Positions 41,501 through 50,026 of a stretch of DNA of 64,000 nt are shown here, piece by piece. The notes below the pieces were generated by a model. It was given only the letters and a program-made list of their open reading frames with translations, did not search any database and was not told the DNA's origin. The translations under genes and the position numbers were made by a program. Source of the stretch: Solirubrobacteraceae bacterium (lineage in GTDB: Bacteria > Actinomycetota > Thermoleophilia > Solirubrobacterales > Solirubrobacteraceae); the NCBI GenBank assembly GCA_046594555.1, contig JBKJRO010000110.1, forward strand, positions 128 to 64,127. Reading direction: 5' to 3'. Positions within the stretch are counted from its first letter, which is position 1. Each line of letters opens with the position of its first letter.

Positions 41501-41794
41501 TCGTCGCTGAACTACATCCGTCACTTCCCGATCGACATCCTGAAGATCGACAAGTCGTTCGTCAGCGACTCCGAGCACGACAAGGACGTCGCCGCGCTGA
41601 CGGCGACGATCGTCGACCTCGCGCGCATCCTCGACGTGCGCGCGGTCGCCGAGGGCATCGAAGAGATCGAGCAGGTCCACCGCCTGCGAGACATGGGATG
41701 CGAGCTCGGCCAGGGCTACTACTTCGCCCGCCCGCTGACCGGCGCCGACATCCTGGCGCTGAGCCGCCGGCGCCGTTCCACGCCCGCCGAGTAG
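38513..41794 (+). CDS. Membrane-anchored GAF-like/PAS/GGDEF/EAL c-di-GMP turnover protein
   Basis: N-terminal multi-helix membrane region and a PAS region (SDMICILDHETVIRYVSPS...). GGDEF domain (LTGLPNRALF, RLGGDEFAIL) and EAL domain (GCEALVRWEHP, DDFGTGYSSL, KIDKSFV). The start (GTG 38513) is uncertain. Confidence 0.9.
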   Translation: MDPGSRRPRQNVVHGRFPNADPVEPEAAPIPDAAEDEPAQPVAETAHPVIPAGRRIAGLAAEWGWLVYLALALPVIAVATMAKWGPLAGGTDAAVAATGIAAVLARAGRARPAAPHAWALLAAGMSLLVAGDVLSSEYRQIFRTGEPFPSLADALFVAAYPLLGAGLAILVRRRHPGRDRASLLDTLVLTFGVGAVSWVFLIAPVLHNDAFSDLARVVIASRLLGDVALLGLAIRLIIGSRERSPALYLLAGAGAVLQASDAAAAALYDAGMSLAGAPELGRMAFVVVVGAAALHPSMPAAGKPAAADELGVGRRRLAVLTAASLAAPLVMIVRSLAGDQVDVPLLTLTFCVVFSLVVLRLADLVRHHEDVRRGEDALRTAGEALVTAASRDHIHEAAMVAARSLLGPDVPACLYSCSPETGVLVPVASSDGDPSSHAPITMSELPARVRAYLTDRGDAALRHSADNLPWWQGSCLAPLSGREALHGVLAVSPGQPLPRAARETLATLTAQLALALESAAVAESAVRSEGEARLSSLVEHASDMICILDHETVIRYVSPSIERVLGERPEAVIGLGLSELLHPDDRAAALAHIEHIATQGAAPSPTEFRLRHGSGDWRDVEALATNLLDNQSVGGIVLNVRDVSERKAFEAQLTHQAFHDTLTGLPNRALFRDRLEQALERKRREGEPAAILFLDLDDFKAINDSLGHALGDELLRIVSERLVGAIRSSDTAARLGGDEFAILIDDPGDERYVIDVVERIMYALAEPAMLDHHEVTIKPSIGIAFSDGDVVGASGAEEMVRNADVAMYLAKDQGKGRYQIFQPEMHAAAVARLEMRTELQRAVKAEQFTLRYQPIVDLQTERMVGCEALVRWEHPHRGTISPAEFIPLLEESGLIVQLGQFILVEACKQAALLQLENPQDTPLSMSVNVSARQLQRAQIVDEVRSALEISGIPPSSLVLELTESVMMQDVDTAILRLEELRGLGVRLAIDDFGTGYSSLNYIRHFPIDILKIDKSFVSDSEHDKDVAALTATIVDLARILDVRAVAEGIEEIEQVHRLRDMGCELGQGYYFARPLTGADILALSRRRRSTPAE

Positions 41795-41795
41795 G

Positions 41796-42017
41796 TCAGT
41801 TGCAGGTCGCGCAGCGCCCCGCGGCGCACGAGCATGCGAGCGGGAGTGGGTAGCCGCGCGCAGGTCCCCAGCGCCGCAGCCACTGCGCGGCCAGCGGCTG
41901 GCTGCGCTCCGCTGCGTGGCGCGGCCAGCAGCGCTCGACCAGCTCCTCGGCGAGCTCGCGCTGGGAGGCCGCGGCCCCGGCGATCAGCGCGCGCAGATGG
42001 CGGTCGTGAGCGTCCAT
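41796..42017 (-). CDS. Small hypothetical protein with Cys-rich C-terminus
   Basis: 73 aa from ATG 42017. By my own translation the third codon positions are nearly all G/C. C-terminus LACSCAAGRCATCN; no family recognised. Confidence 0.4.
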   Translation of the reverse strand: MDAHDRHLRALIAGAAASQRELAEELVERCWPRHAAERSQPLAAQWLRRWGPARGYPLPLACSCAAGRCATCN

Positions 42018-42111
42018 CGCCGCAGTGTGACGACCCCGGCGGCGGGCCCGGACGGGTGTCGGTGCCGCGAGGCCCCGCCGTCCATGGCGGGGCTCGTCTC
42101 CGGCAGCGGGC

Positions 42112-42474
42112 TCAGGCCGTCTGCGGCACCTTGGCGACGGCGTCCTGGTAGAGCGACAGCTCACGGGACACACCCTCGTTCGTGAACCCGTCGATGACCC
42201 GCAGCCCCTCGACGATCAGGCCCGCGGACATCAGCGAACGGCGGAACTCCTCGTCCTCGCGGACAGCAGCGAGCTGCTGCCCGGAGCCGTGCAGGGCGAT
42301 GTACCCGGCGAGATCCCCGTTCGGGTCGAGCAGCGCGACGTCGAAGCGCTCGATCCGGCCCTCCTGCTGCATGCGCCCGTAGAGGCCCACGACCTCGTTG
42401 AAGACCTCCAGGCCGCGCTCCTCGCGTCCGGGAACTCCCGCTCCCCAACCGATGAACAGCACGCGATCGGCCAT
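42112..42474 (-). CDS. Hypothetical protein
   Basis: 120 aa from MADRVLFIGWG with balanced, protein-like composition. No family recognised. Confidence 0.6.
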   Translation of the reverse strand: MADRVLFIGWGAGVPGREERGLEVFNEVVGLYGRMQQEGRIERFDVALLDPNGDLAGYIALHGSGQQLAAVREDEEFRRSLMSAGLIVEGLRVIDGFTNEGVSRELSLYQDAVAKVPQTA

Positions 42475-42575
42475 GCCGACTCCTTCCATCGCGACCCGAC
42501 CCGATGCCGGGTCTCTCAGACCGAGCCTCCCAGGTCGCGCGAGCGCGCGGGTGCCAGGTCGATTAGGTTGCAGCG

Positions 42576-44291
42576 ATGATCCTGCTCAACCCGCAGCACC
42601 GCACGCACACGCAGCCCGACGGGCGCTCCGAAGAGATCATGCGCCGCACGATCGAGTTCTTCGAGGCGCGGGGCAAGGAGCGCCTGAAGGCCGACGATCA
42701 CGCCCGCGCCTGGTACGGCGAGTTCCTCGACTTCGTCCGCGAGGAGCGCATCTTCGCGACGCTGCTGACCCCGGCTGCCGACAGCACGAGCGACGGGCGC
42801 TGGGACACCTCACGGCTGTGCGAGTTCGCCGAGATCCTGGGCTTCTATGGACTGCCGTACTGGTACACGTGGCAGGTCACCGTCCTCGGGCTCGGGCCGA
42901 TCTGGATGAGCCCCAACGACGATGCCCGGGCCCGCGCGGCGCGGCTGCTCGAGGACGGCGCGATCTTTGCCTTCGGCCTGTCCGAGAAGGAGCACGGAGC
43001 CGACCTGTACTCGACCGACATGGAGCTGATCCCGCAGGGCGACGGCACCTACCTCGCGCGCGGAGACAAGTACTACATCGGCAACGGCAACAAGGCGGCG
43101 ATGGTCTCCGTCTTCGGCAAGGACTCGGAGACGGGCGAGTACGTCTTCTTCGCCGTCGACTCCCAGCACGAGCGCTACGAGCTGGTCAAGAACGTCGTCG
43201 CCAGCCAGAACTTCGTCTCCGAGTTCCGCCTCAACGACTACCCGATCACCGAGGCCGACATCCTCGAGCGCGGCGACGACGCATGGAACGCGGCGCTGAA
43301 CACCGTCAACATCGGGAAGTACAACCTGGGCTGGGCCTCGATCGGGATCTGCACCCACGCGCTGTACGAGGCGATCAACCACGCCGCCAACCGCCACCTC
43401 TACGGCATGGCCGTCACCGACTTCCCGCACGTGCGGCGGATGTTCACGGAGGCGTACGCGCGGACCGTCGCGATGAAGCTCGTCGCCCTGCGGGCCAGCG
43501 ACTACATGCGCTCCGCGTCGAAGGACGACCGGCGCTACCTGCTGTTCGACCCGGTCGTGAAGATGAAGGTCACGACGCAGGGCGAGCAGGCCATCCAGCT
43601 GCTGTGGGACGTCCTGGCGGCGAAGGCGTTCGAGAAGGACATGTACTTCGAGTCCGCGGCGCGCGACATCAGTGCGCTGCCGCGGCTGGAGGGCACGGTC
43701 CACGTGAACATCGCGCTGATCGTGAAGTTCATGGCGAGCTACCTGTTCGGCGACGCCGAGCTGCCCGAGGTCGGCCGCCGCGACGACGCCGTCAACGACG
43801 ACTTCCTGTTCGACCAGGGTCCGACCAAGGGCCTCAGCTCGATCGTGTTCCCGGACTGGGAGATCGCCTTCCGCCGCTCGGACGCGCCGAACGTCGCCTG
43901 CTTCCGCGAGCAGGTGGCGGTGCTGAAGGAGTTCCTGGCGACGGCGACGCCGGACGAGGCGCAGCGCAAGGACGTCGACTTCCTCATGGCGATCGGGTCG
44001 CTGTTCACGCTCGTCGTCTACGGCCAGCTGGTCCTCGAGGGTGCCGAGCGCGAGGGCGCCGGCACCGACCTCGTCGATGAGATCTTCGGCGTGCTGGTGG
44101 CCGACTTCTCAGCCGCTGCGGTCGAGCTTCACGGCAAGCCGTCGGCCTCCGTGGAACAGTGCGGGCTGTGCCTGCGGATGGTGCGCAAGCCGGCCGTGGA
44201 CCAGGCCCGCTACGACCGGCTCTGGGACGAGGTCCTGGGGCTCAACGGCGCCTACGAGCTGAGCTGGGAGGGCGCGGCCGTCACGGCCTGA
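42576..44291 (+). CDS. Acyl-CoA dehydrogenase family protein (long form)
   Basis: FAFGLSEKEHGADL and YYIGNGNKAAM, with overall ACAD-like domain order. An alternative start at ATG 42639 (MRRTIEFFE) is plausible. Confidence 0.8.
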   Translation: MILLNPQHRTHTQPDGRSEEIMRRTIEFFEARGKERLKADDHARAWYGEFLDFVREERIFATLLTPAADSTSDGRWDTSRLCEFAEILGFYGLPYWYTWQVTVLGLGPIWMSPNDDARARAARLLEDGAIFAFGLSEKEHGADLYSTDMELIPQGDGTYLARGDKYYIGNGNKAAMVSVFGKDSETGEYVFFAVDSQHERYELVKNVVASQNFVSEFRLNDYPITEADILERGDDAWNAALNTVNIGKYNLGWASIGICTHALYEAINHAANRHLYGMAVTDFPHVRRMFTEAYARTVAMKLVALRASDYMRSASKDDRRYLLFDPVVKMKVTTQGEQAIQLLWDVLAAKAFEKDMYFESAARDISALPRLEGTVHVNIALIVKFMASYLFGDAELPEVGRRDDAVNDDFLFDQGPTKGLSSIVFPDWEIAFRRSDAPNVACFREQVAVLKEFLATATPDEAQRKDVDFLMAIGSLFTLVVYGQLVLEGAEREGAGTDLVDEIFGVLVADFSAAAVELHGKPSASVEQCGLCLRMVRKPAVDQARYDRLWDEVLGLNGAYELSWEGAAVTA

Positions 44292-44314
44292 GCCGGAGCG
44301 GGGGCGCCGCCGCG

Positions 44315-46090
44315 TCAGACGCGCAGTTCCCAGAGCGCCGGCGCGGGGGCGAGCGCCGGGGGCTGTGCCGCGACCTCAGCGTGCAGCGCGATCGCCACGC
44401 GCAGGAAGGGCTCGACGAGCTTGGGGTCGAACCGCCGGTCGCTCCCGCGGCGGATCTCGGCGGCAGCGTCCTCGATCGTCCAGGCATCCTTGTAGACCCG
44501 CTTGGTGACGAGCGCGTCGAACACGTCGCACAGCGCGCAGATCCGGCCTGCCAGCGGGATCTCCTCGCCGCGCAGGCCATTGGGGTACCCGCGCCCGTCC
44601 CAGCGCTCGTGGTGCGTCAGCGCGATCTCCTCGGCGAGCCGCAGCAGCGGCGAGGACGACCCCGCCAGGATCGACGCGCCGATCTGCGGATGCTCCTCCA
44701 GGATCCTGCGCTCGTCGTCGTCGAGCAGTCCCGGCTTGAGCAGGATGCGATCGGGGATCCCGATCTTGCCCACGTCGTGCATCGAGCTCGCGTGGCGCAG
44801 CAGCTCCGCGTCCATCGGCGACATGCCCAGCGCGAGGGCGAAGCGCTCGGCCATCCGCCCGATGCGCTCGATGTGCTCGCCCGTCTCCTGGTCGCGCCAC
44901 TCGGCGGCGGCGCCGAGCCGTTGCAGGATCTCGAGCTGTGTCTCGCGCAGTTCGCGCGTCCGGTCCTCGACGCGCTGCTCGAGGGCGGCGTTCTCACGCG
45001 CGATGCGGCGCCGCACCGTGCTCTCGAGCAGATGACTCACGAGGATCGTCGCCACGGTGCCGATGCTCAGGGCGACGAGCGGAGCCATGACGGGCAGCAC
45101 GAGTCCGGCACCGAAGGCCAGGTGGGCGCCGATCGCGTAGCCGACGCCGACGCCGACGGCGAGCAGCGAGGTGCGCAGCACCCGCAGGCGGCGGCGCAGC
45201 AGCGGCGCGCACGCCCCGAGCAGGAGCACGAGCGCCACGCCGGCCCACCAGGGCGCATCACGCAGCGGGAGCCCGTGAAGCCCGGTCCAGATCGCGTTGG
45301 CCTCGACCTCCGGCCCCGCCATCAGCGCGTCGCCGGCCACGGGCGTGTGATGGGTGTCCTGCAGGCTCGGGGCGGTGGCGCCGACCACGACGACCTTCCC
45401 GCGCACGACGGCCGGGTCGAACCGCCCGTCGCGCACGTCAGAGAACGACAGGGTCGGGAACGTCCCGGGTCCGCCGCGATAGTCGATCAGCGCGCCGCGA
45501 CCGGTGAAGTCCGACCGCCGCACCCGGGCGCCGGCGCGCTCCGCGGCGACGACGGCGAACGAGCGCAGGCCGTCCGCCTCAAAGGGGAACCGCGTCACCG
45601 CACCGTCGGGCCCGTTGACCAGCCCGACCGCTGCCGCCCGCGCCCCGACGCGGGCGAGGTTGGCGTCCCCGCCGAGCACGTTCGTGCGTCCCGCGTCGTC
45701 GACCTCGGACGTCGCCAGGACGGCGCCGCCCGCACGCCCGATGGCGTCGTACAGCGCCAGGTCGTCGCGCATCGTCGACGGCTCGGTGAACTGCACGTCG
45801 TAGGCGATCACCCGCGCACCCGCCGCGCGGAGCCGATCGATGACGGTCGCGTGCCAGCGCCGCGGCAGCGGCCAGCGGTGCCGCAGATCCTGGAAGGTCG
45901 CGCTGTCGATCCCGACGACGACCACGTCGTCCGGGGGCGGCACGTGCCGGAGGGTGAACCGCGCGTGCACGGTCGCCTGCTCGGCGCGGCGCAGCGCCCC
46001 GGTTCCGGCTGCGCTCGCAGCGACCGCGACGGCCAGGATGCCGGCGATCACCAGGCCCAGGGACTGCGAGCGCTTGCCGCGTCCGTGCAC
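44315..46090 (-). CDS. CHASE2 sensor / HD-GYP domain c-di-GMP phosphodiesterase
   Basis: N-terminal TM then the CHASE2-like VVVVGIDSATFQDL...VIAYDVQFTEPS. Three to four TM helices and a coiled linker. HD-GYP motifs HDVGKIGIP and HHERWDGRGYPNGL. Confidence 0.88.
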   Translation of the reverse strand: MHGRGKRSQSLGLVIAGILAVAVAASAAGTGALRRAEQATVHARFTLRHVPPPDDVVVVGIDSATFQDLRHRWPLPRRWHATVIDRLRAAGARVIAYDVQFTEPSTMRDDLALYDAIGRAGGAVLATSEVDDAGRTNVLGGDANLARVGARAAAVGLVNGPDGAVTRFPFEADGLRSFAVVAAERAGARVRRSDFTGRGALIDYRGGPGTFPTLSFSDVRDGRFDPAVVRGKVVVVGATAPSLQDTHHTPVAGDALMAGPEVEANAIWTGLHGLPLRDAPWWAGVALVLLLGACAPLLRRRLRVLRTSLLAVGVGVGYAIGAHLAFGAGLVLPVMAPLVALSIGTVATILVSHLLESTVRRRIARENAALEQRVEDRTRELRETQLEILQRLGAAAEWRDQETGEHIERIGRMAERFALALGMSPMDAELLRHASSMHDVGKIGIPDRILLKPGLLDDDERRILEEHPQIGASILAGSSSPLLRLAEEIALTHHERWDGRGYPNGLRGEEIPLAGRICALCDVFDALVTKRVYKDAWTIEDAAAEIRRGSDRRFDPKLVEPFLRVAIALHAEVAAQPPALAPAPALWELRV

Positions 46091-46100
46091 GACCGGCTGC

Positions 46101-47777
46101 TCAGCGCCGCCCGCGGGCGAGGTAGCTGTGGCCCGCGCGGACGATCACCCTGCGTCCGGTGCGCAGGTTGCGGACGAGCACGCTGCCCTGACTGACGCGC
46201 GTGAGCGTGCCGTCGCAGCGGTCCTCGGTCCACCAGCGGGTCCCGCGGACCGTCGCGACGCTGTTGGCGCCGCGCGTGCGGAACCGGCCGCCGTTGTCGC
46301 TGCCCCAGAGCCCGCGGACTCTCCGCGGGCGCCGGGCCGCGTGCGCGATGGCCGCGTGAGCCGCGGCCGCCCTGGCCGGGCAGCCGGCGCGGCTTCCGCC
46401 GCGCAGGCCGAGGGTCGTCGTCAGGTCGCCCTTGCGGTTCTGGCGGATCACGAAGGCGCCGCCCCAGAAGCGCGCGGTCTGCACCGTGCCCTTGCGGTCG
46501 CCGACCGACTGGAGCTGCATCACGCCGCGGGACGCGTCGATGATCGAGCCGACCGGGATCGCCGCGCCCTTGACGGCGAGCTTGCGCTCCGCGGAGTTGG
46601 GAGCGCGGAAGGTGACCACGCCGCTGACGGTCGCGCCGACGACCATCGTGCCGACCTGCGGCTGCAGACTGGGCGCGACCTGGCCGGCCAGCGGGGCCGC
46701 AGGCGTGGCGGGCGACGCGGGCGACGTGGGCGACGTCGGCGAGCTGGGCGGGACCGGCGTGCCGGGGGGCACGATCGGAGCCTCAAACGGCCCGACGTAC
46801 TCGAAGGCGCCGATGTCCGGGCCCGCGCCGTAGTCACGGACGCGCCCGTCGGGATCGAACTGGTCGCCGTCATGCTTCAGGGCGTCGTCGGTGCCGGCAT
46901 CGATCACCGGCGAACCGGCGCGCACGTGGAAGTCACCCGCTGAGGCATCGACGAACAGCGGGTCGCCGGACTGGTTCGCGCCCAGATCGACGACGTTGGA
47001 TCCCGACGCCGGGCGGAAGCTGGAGTAGGCCGCGAAGGTTGTGCCGAGCGTCGTCGCGGCCGCATCGGCCAGGACGCCGCGCATGATCGAGTTGCGCACC
47101 AGGACCGACCCGATGGCGAGGGTCGAGAGCAGCCCGGAGGATGCCGCGCCGGCGGCGACGGCCGTGACGTTGGTGACGTGTGCGGCGTCGGTGATGAGGG
47201 GCGTCTTGGAGTTCGTCACGACCACGCCGGCCGAGCCGTCCCCGCGCGCGAAGGCCACGCTGTCGCGCAGGATCGTCGGCGCGACGCTCGACCCCGTCAG
47301 ATGCCCGGCCGCCGGCGGATGCCCAGCGGTGCCGGTCGCCGCGCTGGAGATGACGAGAATCAGATCCTCGCCGATCGCGCCGTTGAGGTCCAGGGCGTCG
47401 CGATCGGGGGCGGTCGATTCGATGCGCATGTGCCGGATCAAGCTCCCGGGGCCCAGGTCCAGGGCGTCCTTGGCGAGTGTCGGCGCCCCCACGATGCTGG
47501 GCATCGGCAAGGCGTCATCGCCCTTGATCCTGACGGCGACCGTGGGCTTGATCGGGGAGGTGATCGTGTAGTCGCCGGGGGCGACGATGACGGTGTCCCC
47601 GGCCGCGGCCCCCAGGATCGCCCAGCGCAACGTGCACGACGCTGCATGGTCGCAGGCGCCGGTCCCGTCCGAACTGGTCGGCGATGCGTAGCGCGTGCTG
47701 GTCGCGTACGCCGCGGGGGCGAGGGCGAGGAGCAGGCAGGCGCTGACGGCGAGCACCACGGCGCGGAAGTGCTTCAT
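46101..47777 (-). CDS. Secreted right-handed beta-helix (choice-of-anchor Q-like) protein with Pro-rich linker and FecR-like C-terminal domain
   Basis: Signal peptide MKHFRAVVLAVSACLLLALAPAAYA. The beta-helix region ends in GPDIGAFEY, followed by the linker PPGTPVPPSSPTSPTSPASPATPAAP. The C-terminal VSGVVTFRAPNS...GSIIDASRGVMQLQ resembles the FecR domain. Confidence 0.75.
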   Translation of the reverse strand: MKHFRAVVLAVSACLLLALAPAAYATSTRYASPTSSDGTGACDHAASCTLRWAILGAAAGDTVIVAPGDYTITSPIKPTVAVRIKGDDALPMPSIVGAPTLAKDALDLGPGSLIRHMRIESTAPDRDALDLNGAIGEDLILVISSAATGTAGHPPAAGHLTGSSVAPTILRDSVAFARGDGSAGVVVTNSKTPLITDAAHVTNVTAVAAGAASSGLLSTLAIGSVLVRNSIMRGVLADAAATTLGTTFAAYSSFRPASGSNVVDLGANQSGDPLFVDASAGDFHVRAGSPVIDAGTDDALKHDGDQFDPDGRVRDYGAGPDIGAFEYVGPFEAPIVPPGTPVPPSSPTSPTSPASPATPAAPLAGQVAPSLQPQVGTMVVGATVSGVVTFRAPNSAERKLAVKGAAIPVGSIIDASRGVMQLQSVGDRKGTVQTARFWGGAFVIRQNRKGDLTTTLGLRGGSRAGCPARAAAAHAAIAHAARRPRRVRGLWGSDNGGRFRTRGANSVATVRGTRWWTEDRCDGTLTRVSQGSVLVRNLRTGRRVIVRAGHSYLARGRR

Positions 47778-47876
47778 TGGGCAGATATCGGCGGCGGTGG
47801 GCCCGGCCTTGACCTGCCATCGGCCGTCCGTCCAGCGCGCCCAGGCGACCGCTCGGCGCTGCGAGCGGCCGCGTCG

Positions 47877-48518
47877 TCAGTCCTCCTTGGGCGGCGGCGG
47901 GCGGAACAGGATCCGCTTCAGCTCGCCGATCGTCGAGCCGCCCAGGCGCATCGCGGTCTGGAAGCCCTCCTCGCCGACCTCGCCCGCGTCGAACGCCCGG
48001 CGCAGGTCGTTGACCAGCGGCAGGTCCGCCTCGCTCACCTCGTCCTTGGGCGCCTCCAGCAGGATCAGGTGCCGCGGGCGCTTGACGGCGAACGCCATGC
48101 GCACGTAGCGCTCGCGCTCGGCGGGGTCGACGCCGTCGGCGACGACGACGACCGTCTCGCTCACGGCCAGGCGCTTCTGCACGGCCGCGTCCAGCAGCTG
48201 GACGGCGCGCTCGTCGAGTTCCTCGGCCGGGACCCTGCCGGCCAGCAGGCCGCGGACCTTCGCGAGCGACAGCAGCGAGGCACGGTCCTCGATCAGGCGG
48301 TCGGCGAAGCGCTCACGCGCCGGCGGGGAGCCGGAGGCGATCACGAGCAGGCTGCCGGGCGAGTAGCGCATCCGGTCCGTCGGCGGCAGCACCCGGCACT
48401 TCCCGGCCACGTTCACCGGGCGAACCGGGCCGCCGCCGGGGCGCGGCCGATCCGAGGACCAGCCGCCCCGCTCGTCGTCCGAGATCTTGACGCTGCGCGT
48501 GGAAGGCGGGAGGGGCAT
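47877..48518 (-). CDS. Hypothetical protein resembling a P-loop kinase (AAA_33-like) with degenerate Walker A
   Basis: LLVIASGSPPARERFADRL sits where LVVLxGxPGSGKSTFA would be expected; the rest is kinase-like (VVVVADGVDP). The start is uncertain (ATG 48518 or ATG 48371). Confidence 0.55.
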   Translation of the reverse strand: MPLPPSTRSVKISDDERGGWSSDRPRPGGGPVRPVNVAGKCRVLPPTDRMRYSPGSLLVIASGSPPARERFADRLIEDRASLLSLAKVRGLLAGRVPAEELDERAVQLLDAAVQKRLAVSETVVVVADGVDPAERERYVRMAFAVKRPRHLILLEAPKDEVSEADLPLVNDLRRAFDAGEVGEEGFQTAMRLGGSTIGELKRILFRPPPPKED

Positions 48519-48771
48519 GCCCCCATCTTGACGCAACCGCCGTCGCGGCCACCCCGGGCCCGCCGCGGCCCCCGGGGTCCGGGCCGCGAACACCTGTCCG
48601 GATTGCCGGCAGCGAAGGGCCCTTCTCACGACCGGACTGTCATGTCGGCCCGCGCGCGCGGTTCACACGAGCAGCATCGCGGCCACGGCGCCCCAGGCTT
48701 TCCCGTCGCCGGTCCGCAGCTTTGCCACCCCTTTCCGATCCCCCCATACGGTTGTCAGCGAAGCAGCCGAG

Positions 48772-48957
48772 ATGCCCCCGATGATCGCCCAGCGCACGAG
48801 GATCGCCGCAGCCGCGGAGCCCGGTGAGGATCACGCGGCGGAGCGCAGCGAGACCCCGGCGAGCGCGGCCCCGTCGGGCCAGGCGCCGGCTCCGGCCGCC
48901 GCCCCTGCTCCCGCCCCGGCACCCGCTCCCGCTCCCGTGGCGACCGCGACCTCATGA
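48772..48957 (+). CDS. Possible small Ala/Pro-rich ORF translationally coupled to apbE
   Basis: 61-aa ORF whose TGA overlaps the apbE ATG (ATGA). The composition is low complexity (APAPAAAPAPAPAPAPAP), so coding status is doubtful. Confidence 0.25.
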   Translation: MPPMIAQRTRIAAAAEPGEDHAAERSETPASAAPSGQAPAPAAAPAPAPAPAPAPVATATS

Positions 48958-49964
48958 CGACCCCGGCCACGCAACCGGTGGACCGTGAGCTGTGGCTGAT
49001 GGGGACGCACATCCGGATCGTGGTTGACGCACCCTCACGTGCCGGCGTCGACCCGCCGGCCCAGGCCGCGGATGCCATCGAGGAGCTCCTGCGGCGCTAC
49101 GACGACGCGCTCTCGCGCTTCAAGCCCGGCTCCGAGCTGTGTGCGCTCAACGAGGACCCGCGGGCGACGGTCCCCGCGTCCGAACTCCTGCGCAGCGCGG
49201 TCGGCGCAGCGCTCGACGCTGCCGCGCGGACCGCGGGCCTGGTCGACCCCACGGTCTACGACGAGCTGCTCGCGGCCGGCTACCGCGAGACCTGGGACAA
49301 GGCCCGCCGGCTCGATCTGCGGGCCGCCCTGGCCGAGAACGACGCCCCGCGGCGCCCGGCCCGGCCGCGTCCCGAACAGCGGTGGCGCGAGATCACCGTC
49401 GATGACGCCGCGGGCACGATCACGCGCCCGCCCGGCCTGCACCTGGACACCGGCGGCACGGGCAAGGGCCACGCCGCCGACCTCGCGGCCGCGCTGCTCG
49501 ACGGATACACGACCTGGGCCGTCGACTGCGGCGGCGACCTGCGCGTCGGCGGCGATTCCGGCGTCGAGCGCGAGGTCGAGGTCGAGCACCCGTTCACCGG
49601 TGAGATGTTCGACAGCATCCGCGTGCGCCGCAGCGCCGTCGCGACCTCCGGCCTGCGCTCGAGGATCTGGCGCGACGAGCGGGGCCGGGTGGCCCACCAC
49701 CTGCTCGACCCGTCGACCGGGAAGCCCGTCTTCTCCGGCCTGGTCGCCGTCACGGCGCTCGCGCCGACCGCCGTCGAAGCCGAGGCGCTGGCCAAGCAGG
49801 CGCTGCTGTCCGGGCCGTCCGCCGCGCCGGGAATCCTCGCCCGCCACGGCGGCATCGCCGTCGATGAGGACGGCCGCGTCGCCCGGATCGGGCGCCTGCA
49901 GCCGAACCCGATCGTGCGCATCAAGCTGCCGCCGGGCGCCGGCCTTCCGCGGGCGGGCACATGA
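48954..49964 (+). CDS. apbE: FAD:protein FMN transferase (ApbE family)
   Basis: LMGTHIRIVV, LDTGGTGKGHAAD and AVATSGLRSRIW, typical ApbE motifs; 336 aa. Confidence 0.85.
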   Translation: MTTPATQPVDRELWLMGTHIRIVVDAPSRAGVDPPAQAADAIEELLRRYDDALSRFKPGSELCALNEDPRATVPASELLRSAVGAALDAAARTAGLVDPTVYDELLAAGYRETWDKARRLDLRAALAENDAPRRPARPRPEQRWREITVDDAAGTITRPPGLHLDTGGTGKGHAADLAAALLDGYTTWAVDCGGDLRVGGDSGVEREVEVEHPFTGEMFDSIRVRRSAVATSGLRSRIWRDERGRVAHHLLDPSTGKPVFSGLVAVTALAPTAVEAEALAKQALLSGPSAAPGILARHGGIAVDEDGRVARIGRLQPNPIVRIKLPPGAGLPRAGT

Positions 49965-50026
49965 GCGGTCCAACGGCCTCCCGGGCGACCCCAAGCGCGA
50001 AGCGGCCGCGAGAGCCCGCCTGATCG

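Noticed and set aside
46700-46790. Pro/Ser/Thr-encoding GC-rich repetitive DNA here, and similar Ala/Pro repeats at 48895..48945, considered as microsatellites.
   Set aside because: The first is an in-frame interdomain linker of the secreted beta-helix protein. The second is short and imperfect. Neither shows exact tandem unit structure suggestive of phase variation.
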